Shown: one piece after another, positions 1-10,305 of the stretch
Numbering within the stretch: the first letter of the stretch is position 1
Layout of the letters: each line of letters begins with the position of its first letter
Source: Dehalococcoidia bacterium
GTDB taxonomy: Bacteria > Chloroflexota > Dehalococcoidia > DSTF01 > WHTK01
DNA: 64,000 nt
Assembly (NCBI GenBank): GCA_965225815.1
Contig: CBDDBP010000006.1
Coordinates: forward strand, 314,066-378,065
Direction of reading: 5' to 3'
Notes under the pieces: model-generated
Database searches by the model: none
What the model saw: only the letters and a program-made list of their open reading frames with translations
What the model was told of the DNA's origin: nothing
Made by a program: the position numbers and the translations under genes

Positions 1-1172
1 ACCAGTTTGGCCCGCTCGACTTCCAGGGATACCAGCAATTGACGGCCAATTTCGACGCCAAGTTGCGGGGAATCCAGTTTCCGGTCTCGGTCGTGGCGAT
101 CATGATGACGCAAATGCGTTCCCTAAACGACGTTAGTCGAGACATGTTCCTGGATGACCTGACAATTCTGTCGGCTTCAGGCGAGGAAGTCTTGATCGAG
201 GACTTCAATGACACCTTCCCATGGGAGGTAGTGCGAACTGCAACACGCGAGCGTGACAAGGTCGAGCAATCGGCTCAGGGGGTCCATTCCGGCGCGGGTG
301 CGGCTCATTTCAGATTTCTAAGCGGTACAGGCGCTGAACTGCGCGGAATGACATTCGCGGATGCAGGCTTTCCGTTGTCAGCGGTCGCCAGTAACCAATT
401 TCTGGAGCAAACCGGGTTCGAGATCGGTTCTGAAGTCGAGTTGGTATTCGGCAAGTTGCTGGTTCCTTTGACAATCCAGGGTGTTGTTGATTACTTTCCC
501 ACGATGTACGCCAGAGGCGCGGGATTCGTCATCGTCAACCAGGATGACCTTTACTACTACGCCGGCGTTACAAACCAGCTCGTCGCGGCCAGGGCACCGA
601 CGGAGGCGTGGCTGCGACTGACAACCGATGAGGCGGTGCGGGAGAATGCGAAGTCCACTTTCCTCGATAGCTTTGGCATCCCATCGGGCCAGATCATCGA
701 CGGTCAAACCATCCTGAGCGAGGTCCGAAGCGACCCCATCATCAGGGCCGGGGGGAGCGGCATCCTTCTCGTCGCGCTGGTCGCTGCTTTCGCAATTCTG
801 GCGTTGGGTTTCGGACTGACTCTTTACCTGGGAGGCCAGGCGCGCACAGTCGAAATCTCGGTGATGCGAGCCGTAGGCATCTCGCCACGGCAGCTCTTAA
901 CGATGATCAGCCTCGAGTATCTGCTGATCGCGGTCATCGGCCTTGCGATCGGTGCCATTGCCGGCTTGCGCATATCCGAAACCATGCTGTCCTACCTCAA
1001 CGTTACGGATTCGGGCGGGCGGGTTGTGCCAGAGTTTGACCTGATTACGCGTTGGGATACCGTCGCGATTGCATTTGGGGCAGTTGGGGTGGCTTTTGTC
1101 GTGGGTGTACTGGCGCTTGCGGGCTACTTCCTGCGTTTGCCCGTCAGCCGGATCATCCGAATCACTCGCTAG
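1..1172 (+). CDS. FtsX-like ABC transporter permease, C-terminal part (begins before window)
   Basis: C-terminal TM helices with RTVEISVMRAVGISPRQL...EYLLI motif typical of FtsX/MacB permeases. Confidence 0.8.
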   Translation, partial: QFGPLDFQGYQQLTANFDAKLRGIQFPVSVVAIMMTQMRSLNDVSRDMFLDDLTILSASGEEVLIEDFNDTFPWEVVRTATRERDKVEQSAQGVHSGAGAAHFRFLSGTGAELRGMTFADAGFPLSAVASNQFLEQTGFEIGSEVELVFGKLLVPLTIQGVVDYFPTMYARGAGFVIVNQDDLYYYAGVTNQLVAARAPTEAWLRLTTDEAVRENAKSTFLDSFGIPSGQIIDGQTILSEVRSDPIIRAGGSGILLVALVAAFAILALGFGLTLYLGGQARTVEISVMRAVGISPRQLLTMISLEYLLIAVIGLAIGAIAGLRISETMLSYLNVTDSGGRVVPEFDLITRWDTVAIAFGAVGVAFVVGVLALAGYFLRLPVSRIIRITR

Positions 1173-1606
1173 GGTAGTGACAGCACCAGGACTGCGGCGG
1201 CGACGCCTTCGGTCTCGCCGAGTCTAATCATTACGGTGGCCCCAGGAAGCAATAACTCTCGCCCGCCGGACTCAAGTCGCTCGATCCTCGACTCGTCCCC
1301 CAGCCGGAGTTGGGTTTGCGCGCCGCCAGGCGCCTCCAGAGTCACGCCCTCCGATGTGAGCTCCACGATTTGGCCACCAAGGACGGTTCGAGATCCATCA
1401 ATCAGGTCCTCAAAGCCGGTAAAGCCACCTGGACTCATAGCCGCCAGGTCACGTAATTCGCTACCGAAAGCAGGTGCGTTGACATCGAAGACATAGGCAG
1501 GTGGCTCCGCAGGTTTGAGCGTTGATCCAACGAAGAAGGCCACAGCGGCGGCGGCGACGGCTGTTACGGCCCACAGTCCGAACTTGAACTCACGGTTCAG
1601 GTTCAT
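1169..1606 (-). CDS. membrane-anchored hypothetical protein (small beta-barrel, DUF5666-like)
   Basis: N-terminal TM; GQIVELTSEGVTLE beta-rich repeat; overlaps next ORF by 4 nt. Confidence 0.55.
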   Translation of the reverse strand: MNLNREFKFGLWAVTAVAAAAVAFFVGSTLKPAEPPAYVFDVNAPAFGSELRDLAAMSPGGFTGFEDLIDGSRTVLGGQIVELTSEGVTLEAPGGAQTQLRLGDESRIERLESGGRELLLPGATVMIRLGETEGVAAAVLVLSLP

Positions 1607-1992
1607 GGCGCCTGAATCACCGGATCGGAAATCAGCACCAGACCAACAAGGGCGAGAATGGTGTCTGGGTGTGAAATCGCACCGCCGTTGATCCAGTCAC
1701 CGATCATGAGATCGTCGCGAGAGATTGTCATCAATCGCTCGATGGTCGATTCGCCCGGCACTTCGTAGGTCGCCGACGTGCCATCCGCCAGAGCGATCGT
1801 CAGTCTATCGTCGGAGAAACTCTGCACTGCGCCTATGATGCCCGTCTCGCGAGCCGCTTCAGGTGGCAGGGGCGCGGTCTGTTTCGGCTCAACACCGGCG
1901 GTGAGATAGCCCACACCTCCCGCAATCAGCGCGATGACGACGAGCGAAAGCCCGGCCACGGCAAAACGCGACAGCGAGTTATTCAAGGCCAA
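1603..1992 (-). CDS. membrane-anchored hypothetical protein, paralog-like of neighbour
   Basis: N-terminal TM; GAVQSFSDDRLTI resembles neighbour; translational coupling. Confidence 0.55.
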   Translation of the reverse strand: MALNNSLSRFAVAGLSLVVIALIAGGVGYLTAGVEPKQTAPLPPEAARETGIIGAVQSFSDDRLTIALADGTSATYEVPGESTIERLMTISRDDLMIGDWINGGAISHPDTILALVGLVLISDPVIQAP

Positions 1993-2010
1993 GTCCCTGT
2001 ATGGCGCGGA

Positions 2011-2556
2011 TTAGTCGCCCAGGGCCGTTGTGTAGCCGAGGTTAACGACCTCTTCGACGTACTGTGAGCGCCATTCAGGCTCCGGCACGGGCATGTGGTG
2101 TGTGCGGAACCAGCGATGATAGGTGAGGTACTCCTCTTCGAGCCGTGAGCGCCAGGATGTCTCTTCCTCGAAGACGTCGGGAGCGACATCCTCCAGTCGA
2201 GAATCGGCGTCCTCCGGCGGCAAGTCCAGGTCTTCCTGCCAGAACTCGGCGAGGTAGTCGAGGCACTCTTCGAGATCCTTACGGCAGTCCTGAACCAACA
2301 GCGTCATCATCTCTCGCTGGTCGACTGGCCGGGCGCGCAGGCGAAGCTCCCGGGCGCAGGCGGCGCAGAGAAAGATCAGCTTGCGAGATTCGCAGTCTTC
2401 CTTGTTCGTGCAGCTCTGGCAGCGAGGTGCGTACTCGGCGCCCCAGGGTGCGCGGGAATAGCCGGCGAGCAATTGAGGCGTGAATACTCCGCAGCGAGGG
2501 CAGGTGACTTCATTCTCGAAGATGTCTTCAATCGTCTGAGCCCAGTCAATCTGCAT
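2011..2556 (-). CDS. hypothetical Cys-rich (zinc-binding) protein
   Basis: CPRC, CQSC...C and CAAC motifs; GGAG RBS upstream of ATG. Confidence 0.7.
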   Translation of the reverse strand: MQIDWAQTIEDIFENEVTCPRCGVFTPQLLAGYSRAPWGAEYAPRCQSCTNKEDCESRKLIFLCAACARELRLRARPVDQREMMTLLVQDCRKDLEECLDYLAEFWQEDLDLPPEDADSRLEDVAPDVFEEETSWRSRLEEEYLTYHRWFRTHHMPVPEPEWRSQYVEEVVNLGYTTALGD

Positions 2557-2683
2557 CTAACTTCTCCCCAAGGAATTATCGTCATGATATCCCGCGCAGT
2601 TTTGGGGTTCAATCGAAGCGTCGAACTAACCAGTTACCACTTCGTATCCGGAGGTACGATCGTGGAGGACAGGCGGCTATCAT

Positions 2684-3140
2684 GTGTTCGGTTTGTTAAG
2701 GCGTACTGATCCCGCCATCGCCTACTACACGCTGAAGTGCGGTCACGCGTTGTTCTTCACGCTGGTCGTCAGCGTGAGTCTTATCTTCCAAACCACCGAA
2801 GTTGGCCTCTCGGCCATGCAACTACTGCTGGTGGCCGCGGCACTGCAGGGCGCGATCCTGGTCAGCGAGATGCCGACCGGCGTTATCGCCGATACGTATG
2901 GTAGAAAGTAGTCCGTCCTTGTTGGCCTGCTCTTGCTCGGCTTCGGCATAAGCCTGAGCGGCGCGTTCGCTAATTTCTGGACTATATTCGCGGGTCACCT
3001 AATCTGGGGCTTCGGCCACACTTTCATCAGTGGGGCTGGTGAGGCCTGGATCGCCGATGAAGTGGGGGTTGAACGGGCTAGCCGTATTTACTTGCGAACA
3101 GCTCAGGTCACCAAATTCTTCTGGATTGTTGGAATTCCGA
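2684..3140 (+). pseudogene. MFS transporter remnant (internal TAG at 2909-2911, truncated near 3140)
   Basis: EMPTGVIADTYGRK* and WGFGHTFISGAGEAWIADE MFS motifs; frame continues past the stop. Confidence 0.75.
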
Positions 3141-3919
3141 ATTTCGAGCTTGCCGACATTCTCTTTTGTTTTGTCGACGTATTGCTTCATCGATAGGCGC
3201 ATCATGATCGCCGGCGCCACGAAGGCCAGAATGCCCACGACTCCGAGCGCGAGATATGCCGCGCTGAGCGAGAGACCAATCATGCCGAGAGCCAGGAAGT
3301 TGGGGCCGATCCAGGCGTGATCACTCCAGAAGTCGGGCAGCGGTTGCTCTGTCCTGAGTCTGTTTTCCGTACCAATGAGCAGGACGCTCAGCAGGAAGGA
3401 GATGACTGCCGCAAGAAACACGGCGGGTATCATCGCCAGATCGAAGGAATCAGGAGATGTAGCGGCGAGACCTCCATAAGCCCACGCCGCGATGGCGTAG
3501 ACGATGGTGAGTAGCGCGGCGCCGTGCGCCATTCGCGTCGGCTTGAAGTGATGGCGGCTGATACCAAGGGTGGCCTCTATTGGCGCTGCTATGACAGCAC
3601 CGGCCGGGCCAAACACGATGATGATCCCGACTACCAGGGCGAACCCGGGCGTTCTCTGGGAGCGACCGTAGATATTAATCGGTGTCAGTTCAGCCAGCGC
3701 GTTAAGGGCAACGAGGAGGAGGAAGACCCCTACTGGGCCTTCGAACTGTGGCGCAAACCAGACGAACAACGCACTGGCGATGACGATTTCGATCGCATAG
3801 AAGGTTGCGAGACTGCTCGGTACGAACCCGCGCTTACGTGCAGGCGACGCAGAGTCGGAGGCCTCATGCGCGCGATTTAGCCTGAAAGGGAAGCCAATGG
3901 CCAATTCATGCCCTCGCAA
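3141..3919 (-). pseudogene. membrane sensor domain of a GGDEF/HD-GYP-type signalling protein, C-terminally truncated
   Basis: 7-8 TM segments ending MRLSMKQYVDKTKENVGKLE (coiled-coil linker), then runs into antisense of the MFS remnant. Confidence 0.55.
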
Positions 3920-3957
3920 ATGTAGTGTCTTCCTAGTTATCGACAGGTTTTCGCCGA

Positions 3958-4680
3958 CTACGCAGCCGCCTCCATGTCGTTCTTGAGTCGTTTGTTGAGA
4001 CTGTTCAGGATTCGCTTTTGAAGCTGGCAGACTCTGGACTCGGAGAGGTTCATGGTCTTGCCGATCTCATGGAACGGCATCGCCTTGAAATAGCGCATCT
4101 GGACGATTTCCTTGTCACGGGTCGAAAGCGAACTCAGCGCTGAGCCGAGCAACTGCAACACCGCTTTGCGATCGACTACCTGGGCGGGATCAGGGAACTC
4201 ATCCGGGTCGGCCATTTCCCACGGTCGAGTGGCTTCAGTGGAGTCGCCAAGCATCTTCTCCAGTGAGAAAACGCGAGTCCCGGTGTGGCCCATGGTCGAT
4301 CGGACCTGGTCGAGAGGGATGCCGAGTTTTAGGGATAACTCCTTGGGCGTTGGCCATCGTCCGAGCATCGTGGCAAGCTCGGTATTGGCTTTCTCGAGCT
4401 CACGGGTGCTCTTGCGCAGCGATCGCGGCAGCATGTCCATGCGCCTGATTGCATCGAGGACCGAGCCCCGGATGCGCTGAATCGCGAAACTAGCGAACGT
4501 CGTTCCACGGGTCACGTCGTAGTTGTCGACCGCCTGTATGAGCCCCTCGGTGCCGTAGGCTATGGCGTCTTCGCGTTCGATAGGGGAGGAGCCTGCTTCG
4601 CCGGCCATCTTGTTCACCACAAAGGTGACGAGCGGCATGTTCTGGACGATCATTTCCTCGCGATTGCTGCTAACTACCAT
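3958..4680 (-). CDS. FliA/WhiG family RNA polymerase sigma factor
   Basis: GLIQAVDNYD...FASFAIQRIRGSVLDAIR region 2; EIGKTMNLSESRVCQL region 4. Confidence 0.9.
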   Translation of the reverse strand: MVVSSNREEMIVQNMPLVTFVVNKMAGEAGSSPIEREDAIAYGTEGLIQAVDNYDVTRGTTFASFAIQRIRGSVLDAIRRMDMLPRSLRKSTRELEKANTELATMLGRWPTPKELSLKLGIPLDQVRSTMGHTGTRVFSLEKMLGDSTEATRPWEMADPDEFPDPAQVVDRKAVLQLLGSALSSLSTRDKEIVQMRYFKAMPFHEIGKTMNLSESRVCQLQKRILNSLNKRLKNDMEAAA

Positions 4681-4982
4681 ATTCCCCCGCCTTTACGGTG
4701 CGAAACATGGCGCGAGCGCGAGAGTCACGGACGCGACGACTGACCTTCGTCAGTGGGAGGGCCGCAACAGCCCAACCATGCTTCGCATCCGTGCTAAAAG
4801 CAGCCCCGATCCCAGTGGGGCCTTACTGCATCAAACGCGAACATGGCTTGAGCGTTACGGGTTTCTGGAGAAAAATTGTAATGCTCTAGTAACGTCGTTG
4901 TGATTCCAGGCGTACCTTGACCTGCTGACGCTTTCGGGTTTAGTCTTTTTACGTTAGCGTGAGGGTTGCCTGATCCCTTTAG

Positions 4983-5795
4983 TTGAATTCAATTACTGTG
5001 AATAACGAAGCATTCGTCTCGATTGCCCGACCATCGATCGCGGAGCGTCTGCGTCTCGTTGTTAGTTCGAGATATGCTCGCGAACCAGTGATCCTCCTGG
5101 CGGCATACCTCTTTTATTACATGGCCCGCAATTTAGCGGCCGACGCTCAGCCAGCCTTCGAGAACGCGCGGTACTTGATGCGATTGGAGGCGCACCTGGG
5201 GATCTTCCAGGAGATCTCACTGCAAAGCGCCACTATTTCCTACGATCTAGTGGTTCATACCTTCAACCTGATTTACTTCTACGCCCACTGGCCGGCAATC
5301 ATCGCCTGCGGGCTATTCCTGTTTATCACCAGACCGCACATCTACACCGTTACGCGCAATGCGTTCCTGATCTCGGGGGCTATCGCGCTCGTATTCTTCA
5401 TCCTGTTTCCTGTTGCTCCGCCACGACTGGCAACGGTCGGCATCGTCGATACGTTGGGAATGACCGTTCCATTCGATTACGACAACTCCCCGCTGGTTAA
5501 CCCATACGCCGCTTTGCCCAGCATGCACGTAGGTTGGGCGCTGGTATTGAGCCTTGGCCTCTATCTCTCGTCGCAGCGGCGGAGCATACGGGTGCTGGCA
5601 ATTTCGATCACGCCGGCGATGTGGATCGCCACTGTGATTACGGGCAACCACTTCATCATCGACGGTCTGTTCGGCACCATACTGGCCGGCATCGGCTTTG
5701 CCTGTGCCCTCTGGCTTAACCACAACTGGCTGGAAATCCGGGCTGAATTGAACCAAAAACTGCACCGATTCAAACGCCAACCGGAAGCCGGCTGA
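4983..5795 (+). CDS. PAP2-superfamily membrane protein (Aur1/IPC synthase-like)
   Basis: FPVAPPR, NPYAALPSMHVGW and TGNHFIID motifs. Confidence 0.85.
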   Translation: MNSITVNNEAFVSIARPSIAERLRLVVSSRYAREPVILLAAYLFYYMARNLAADAQPAFENARYLMRLEAHLGIFQEISLQSATISYDLVVHTFNLIYFYAHWPAIIACGLFLFITRPHIYTVTRNAFLISGAIALVFFILFPVAPPRLATVGIVDTLGMTVPFDYDNSPLVNPYAALPSMHVGWALVLSLGLYLSSQRRSIRVLAISITPAMWIATVITGNHFIIDGLFGTILAGIGFACALWLNHNWLEIRAELNQKLHRFKRQPEAG

Positions 5796-5836
5796 ACCTC
5801 AAAGCGCTAGTTGCCTGTCGTTGCCCCCGCTGCGGT

Positions 5837-6139
5837 ATGGGCCGTATCTTCGACTCTTCACTCAAGGGTCACATTGGCTTCATGGTGGAGTTGTGTCCAG
5901 TCTGCGGGCTGCAATTTCTCCGCGAGGCTGGTTATTTCCTCGGTGCGATGTACATTAGCTACGGTCTCGAAGTGATCACGATCCTGCCCATAGCGGCAGT
6001 GCTTGCCGTGGTGGCGGATTGGCCCTTGCCGCTCGTCTTACTGATTGCGCTGCTGCAGACGCTGATGAGCGTTCCCCTGTTCTTTCGCTACTCGCGCGTG
6101 ATCTGGCTGCACGCTGATCAGCTATGTGATCCGCGTTGA
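5837..6139 (+). CDS. DUF983-like zinc-ribbon membrane protein (start uncertain)
   Basis: in-frame upstream CRCPRC, then CPVCG..REAGYFLGAMYISY. Confidence 0.7.
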   Translation: MGRIFDSSLKGHIGFMVELCPVCGLQFLREAGYFLGAMYISYGLEVITILPIAAVLAVVADWPLPLVLLIALLQTLMSVPLFFRYSRVIWLHADQLCDPR

Positions 6140-6362
6140 GGCGAGAACCGGGAATCCCATGGTGCTAGCAACGTCCCAGCAGAACGCTTCGGCCTACGCC
6201 TTTTCTGACTACCTGGGAGCCTTACCGAATCCGCGCATCGGCCGTTGTGGACCAGGACTCAACGATGATTCGCGGATAGGCGAGCCGATGTTGTCACTTA
6301 GCACGGTCCGCCCTATATAATTTGAGGCCCAACGGTAAGAAATACAGCAGGAGGCGATCCAC

Positions 6363-6827
6363 ATGACGCAGCAGCAAGCGCCTGAGCCGCTGACGGAACT
6401 GAAGCTCACCGACGACCTCAAGGAGTTGGTTAACACTTCTTTCACCACCGGCAAGCCGATCATTCTCGCGTACACGGACGGGGATGGGGCACCAAGCCTC
6501 TCCTACCGCGGTAGCGCGATTGCGTACAGCGACACACAGCTCGCGATCTGGGCCCGAAACCCGGAAGGCGGGCTCCAGAAGGCCCTGGCGGCCCACCCTC
6601 GAGTCACGATGCTCTATCGAAATCCCGGCCCGGATGGGCGCGCCATGCTGCAGTTCCGCGGCGTGGCTCACATGGAGACGGACGACGCGACGCGAGAGCA
6701 GGTTTACAGCAACATCCCGGAGGCAGAGCAGAACTCCGACCGCGAGAAGAAGGGTGGTCCGGTTATACTCGACCTCGAGCGCGTTGATGGCTTCATGCCC
6801 GGTGCACGCGTCGCGATGCGCAAATAA
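6363..6827 (+). CDS. pyridoxamine 5'-phosphate oxidase-like (split-barrel) protein
   Basis: AYTDGDGAPSLSYRGS...NP.VTMLYR; AGGAGG RBS; paralog at 14177-14650. Confidence 0.8.
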   Translation: MTQQQAPEPLTELKLTDDLKELVNTSFTTGKPIILAYTDGDGAPSLSYRGSAIAYSDTQLAIWARNPEGGLQKALAAHPRVTMLYRNPGPDGRAMLQFRGVAHMETDDATREQVYSNIPEAEQNSDREKKGGPVILDLERVDGFMPGARVAMRK

Positions 6828-6849
6828 CAGACCAGTAACAGAGGAAAGA

Positions 6850-6873
6850 GACCGGCTCAACCGAGCCGGTCTC
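6850..6873. terminator. hairpin between convergent genes
   Basis: AGACCGGCTC-AACC-GAGCCGGTCT perfect 10-bp stem. Confidence 0.6.
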
Positions 6874-6897
6874 TTGATTTCTCGGATGCTGGTTTCT

Positions 6898-7889
6898 CTA
6901 GTTCACCCGAACCGCATGTACGAGACGTCTTTGGTCGTAGCGGCCCGCGCTCTGGTCGAAGCGGCCGTTACATGTGATCAGGATCAACTCATCAGGCCCT
7001 CGGTTGACGAGGTATGAGTTGAGGATCTGATCGAACGACACGTCCTTGACCCAATCGACTCGGTATTGGACAACCTGTCCGTCAGCACGATGGTACTCGA
7101 ACGTATTCCCCGGTTGAGCCGAGCGCAGCGGCGCGAATACGGCAGCGCCCACGGAGTAGAAGTCCACGTGGCCACCGATAACGCTTACGCCACCGTCGCC
7201 TGGATAGCCTCGGAGCTGCGGCAGGCCAACAAAGTTGTAGCGAACGACGTCGTAGGCGCCGGACGGGTTGCCAAGGAACCCATTGAAGCCGACGTCACGA
7301 ACGTTGACCGGGGCGTTGATGCCAAGGCTGGTCGAGACGAGACGGTCAGAAGAGGGATAGAGGAAGGGGTTCACCGGCTCGACCGTGCAATCAGGCACGA
7401 AAGATGCGGTCTTGGTCGCGACGCGGGTTCCGTCAAAGCCTTCCCAAACGATGCGGAAGAAGGTGCGCTGGTCGATCTTGAAACCACCGCGTCGGTAGTT
7501 CTGGGTGGAAGGCGCCAGCGGTCCGACACTGGCGGTGTCAGTACCGAAGTCAACCGTGCTGCTGAGTTCCAGGTACTGATAACCAAGCACGTCGGCACGT
7601 GGCGCCCAGTTGAAGTCCACGGCGGCCAGCGTTGCAGACTGGCAGAAAGTCGGGCCCCAGAGCAGCAGAGGGCCTCAAGCCACTGCTCTACGACTTCAGC
7701 CACGGGATGCCAGTTGAAGGTCAGTTGCGCCGAGTCGGTGCTGCAGTCGCTGGCGGGGAACCTGAGCAGCGCCCCTTTCGCTTCCGCGGCCTGCCGCCCG
7801 TTGGAGTGCAGGGCGCCGGCCACAGCTAATGCTGAAATCAGCGCGACCAGGGCAATCCGAAGCGTCGGGATCCCGCGTCCCTTAATCAT
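6898..7889 (-). pseudogene. class F sortase-domain secreted protein, frameshifted near 7650
   Basis: GGHVD...FAPL and LILITC...R sortase catalytic motifs; signal peptide lies in another frame. Confidence 0.75.
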
Positions 7890-8025
7890 GCGCACGTCAT
7901 TCAGGGGAATTCGTTCTGAGCCGAAGCCGCCCAGGATCGGCCGGGACTGGTTGTGCCTTTCGATCATGATATGCAGGCAACGGTCCCTCGTACAAGGCTT
8001 CGGCTTTCGATGCGGCTGTATCCAT

Positions 8026-9206
8026 TTAAAACGGCTTGTCGGGTGGGCAGTAGTTCCGCGAGGTCCCGATCACCTTTTCACAGAAATGCTCTTCGATCCG
8101 CCGCTGTTCCTCCTTCGTACCGGAGGCCACGAAAACGCGGAGGAGTTCCTGGTCACTCAGTGACTTGGTGCGGATTTCGCGCACGGTGCCAATGAGGCCG
8201 TCGATGCCGTTCTTTTCGTAGACTGAATTCATGAACAGGAAGCCCTGCATGCGCTCGGCCAGGTAGCCTTCCAGACTGGTATCTCGGTAGAAGCCAACAT
8301 AAAGGGCGTCGTCGAAGCCGAGGTAGGCAAGGTCTTCCTGGTTGCTCGCTACGCCTTCTGGCAGCGTCTCCGTCATGTAGAACTCGACAAAGTGGGCGAA
8401 CCCTTCTTCGAACCAGGTTGGGAAGGACCCGTACATGGTGGAGTGGGTCAGTTCATGGACGATAGTTTCGTCGTCCACGTAGTCCGGGCCGATCGCGATG
8501 AACTCGTCGTAGGAGAGGCCGGCAAAAAACTCATCAAGGTCAGTCACCATCAGATGTAGGAACGAATAGGGGTAAGCGCCGACCAGTTCCTCGATCTGCG
8601 GGAGCCAGGCGACGGACTTCTCAATCACGGTTCGGCCAACCTCCGGGTCCTCGGCAGAGACGACAACGACGAGCTCGCCTGCCTCCAACTCGACGGCTCG
8701 AAGAGGCCGAACTCGAGCGTCGAGGCGAGGATCGGTCCGATGGTGGGGCCGTATTTGTTGGTTAGCGACTTCTCGTAGGCCTGGAAGGCTCCGCGCAGGC
8801 CTCGTGCTTCCGCCGGGTCCAGGCCGTCGGAATACCAGCCCTGCTCCGAGGCGAAGGTCAACATGTCGAAGACACTGTCGGCCTCACCCTTCGCGCTGGC
8901 CGCGCGTTCCGTGCGGAAAACGGCCCCTATCAGGTCGACGTAGTCTTGCGTCAGGTCCTCGAACCAGGTTTGTGACCTCACGAGCTCGTTGAGCTCGTCC
9001 GACATGTTTACTAGGTACTTGCCTTCAGCCGTGTCGATGAGCTGACGGGCGGTTTCGGTGGCGCTGGCGGTTGGCGCCAGCGGCGCATTGGGGGCAACCG
9101 TGGGCGCTACTGGCTCGCTGCCGCCGCCGCAGCCTGCCAGTAGAAACATGGCCAGGGTTGGTCCAGCGGCAAGCACGGACAGCCGGGACAGGAAGGGCTT
9201 ATGCAT
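8026..9206 (-). pseudogene. lipoprotein with gluzincin metallopeptidase domain, frameshifted near 8695
   Basis: lipobox LAGC; HELTH...WFEEGFA in the second frame. Confidence 0.7.
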
Positions 9207-9296
9207 TCCGTAACCTCTACTTCATTCTCGACAGAAAGTTGTCTGTCCATGACTATCCGTGGGCAACGTTTCAGTAAGATGGAGTCGAGGTCAGGT

Positions 9297-9694
9297 ATGA
9301 CGAGATTCGAAACGATGACGCTCCCAATTCAGCCAGACGTCCGAGCGCCCGACGACTCACAGGTGCGAATCCTGCTGCGTCTGGATCCGGGTAGCATGGC
9401 TCACTTCCGGCTCGAATCCGGCCAGATATCAAAGGCTGTGACGCACCGCAGAGTGGATGAGCTCTGGTACGTCGTCTCGGGACTCGGTGAGATGTGGCGT
9501 AGCCAGGGCGGCGATTCGGAGGTCGTCCAGCTCTCTGAAGGGCTGCTGCGTGAGTATTCGGCTGGAACCTCGTTTCAGTCCGCTGCACAGGGGAAGAGCC
9601 CCTGTGCGCTGTCGCGGTGACGATGCCGCCGTGGCCCGGGGAGGGTGAAGCATTGTTCGTTGATGACGCCTGGCAGCCAAGAGCAAGCTTGTGA
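9297..9694 (+). pseudogene. cupin protein, frameshifted
   Basis: H..VDELWYVVSG.G motif; C-terminal VTMPPWPGEGEA in a shifted frame. Confidence 0.7.
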
Positions 9695-10212
9695 GTGACG
9701 ACCTGCGAGCCTTTATCCGAGAGGTACCCGACTTCCCTCAACCGGGGGTTCTGTTTCGCGATGTGACGCCGCTCCTGAAGGACGCCGGTGCCTTCAACGC
9801 CGCACTTGACGCTATGCAGGCGTACGTCACCTCTCGCGGCGCGGACGCGATCATCGGCATCGAGTCGCGCGGCTTCCTTTTCGGCGCTCCATTGGCGGTT
9901 CGCCTGAGCCTTCCCTTTGTGCCGATCCGCAAGCCCGGAAAGCTGCCCGCAGCCCATATGTCGATTGAGTACGCGCTCGAATATGGGGAGGGCCAACTCG
10001 ACATCCATAGTGACGCGCTGTCAGTCGGGGATTCCGTGGTCATCGTCGATGACCTGCTGGCCACCGGGGGCACAGCAGTCGGCGCTGCCAAGCTGGTAGA
10101 GCTGCTCGGTGGGCGCGTTGCCGGCCTGGCGTTCCTAATCGAATTGAAGGGACTTGAGGGTCGAGAGCGCTTGCCGGGCTACGATGTGTTCGCGTTGCTC
10201 GACTACACCTGA
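9691..10212 (+). CDS. apt: adenine phosphoribosyltransferase
   Basis: PDFPQPGVLFRD, IESRGF, RKPGKLP, IVDDLLATGGT. Confidence 0.97.
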   Translation: MSDDLRAFIREVPDFPQPGVLFRDVTPLLKDAGAFNAALDAMQAYVTSRGADAIIGIESRGFLFGAPLAVRLSLPFVPIRKPGKLPAAHMSIEYALEYGEGQLDIHSDALSVGDSVVIVDDLLATGGTAVGAAKLVELLGGRVAGLAFLIELKGLEGRERLPGYDVFALLDYT

Positions 10213-10305
10213 AGCGCTGCTGCCGAGCCGCCATGAAGGCGTCTTGCCGTAGAATTGGTGACGAAATAGTCCTTCGCCTCCTGTTAGTTAGAGAGAGTCT
10301 CACTT

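Noticed and set aside
2909-2911. In-frame TAG as pyrrolysine or readthrough
   Set aside because: Non-catalytic position in a gene that is also truncated; simple nonsense mutation is more likely.
7066-8163. 365-aa plus-strand ORF
   Set aside because: Antisense shadow of the sortase and peptidase genes; no motifs.
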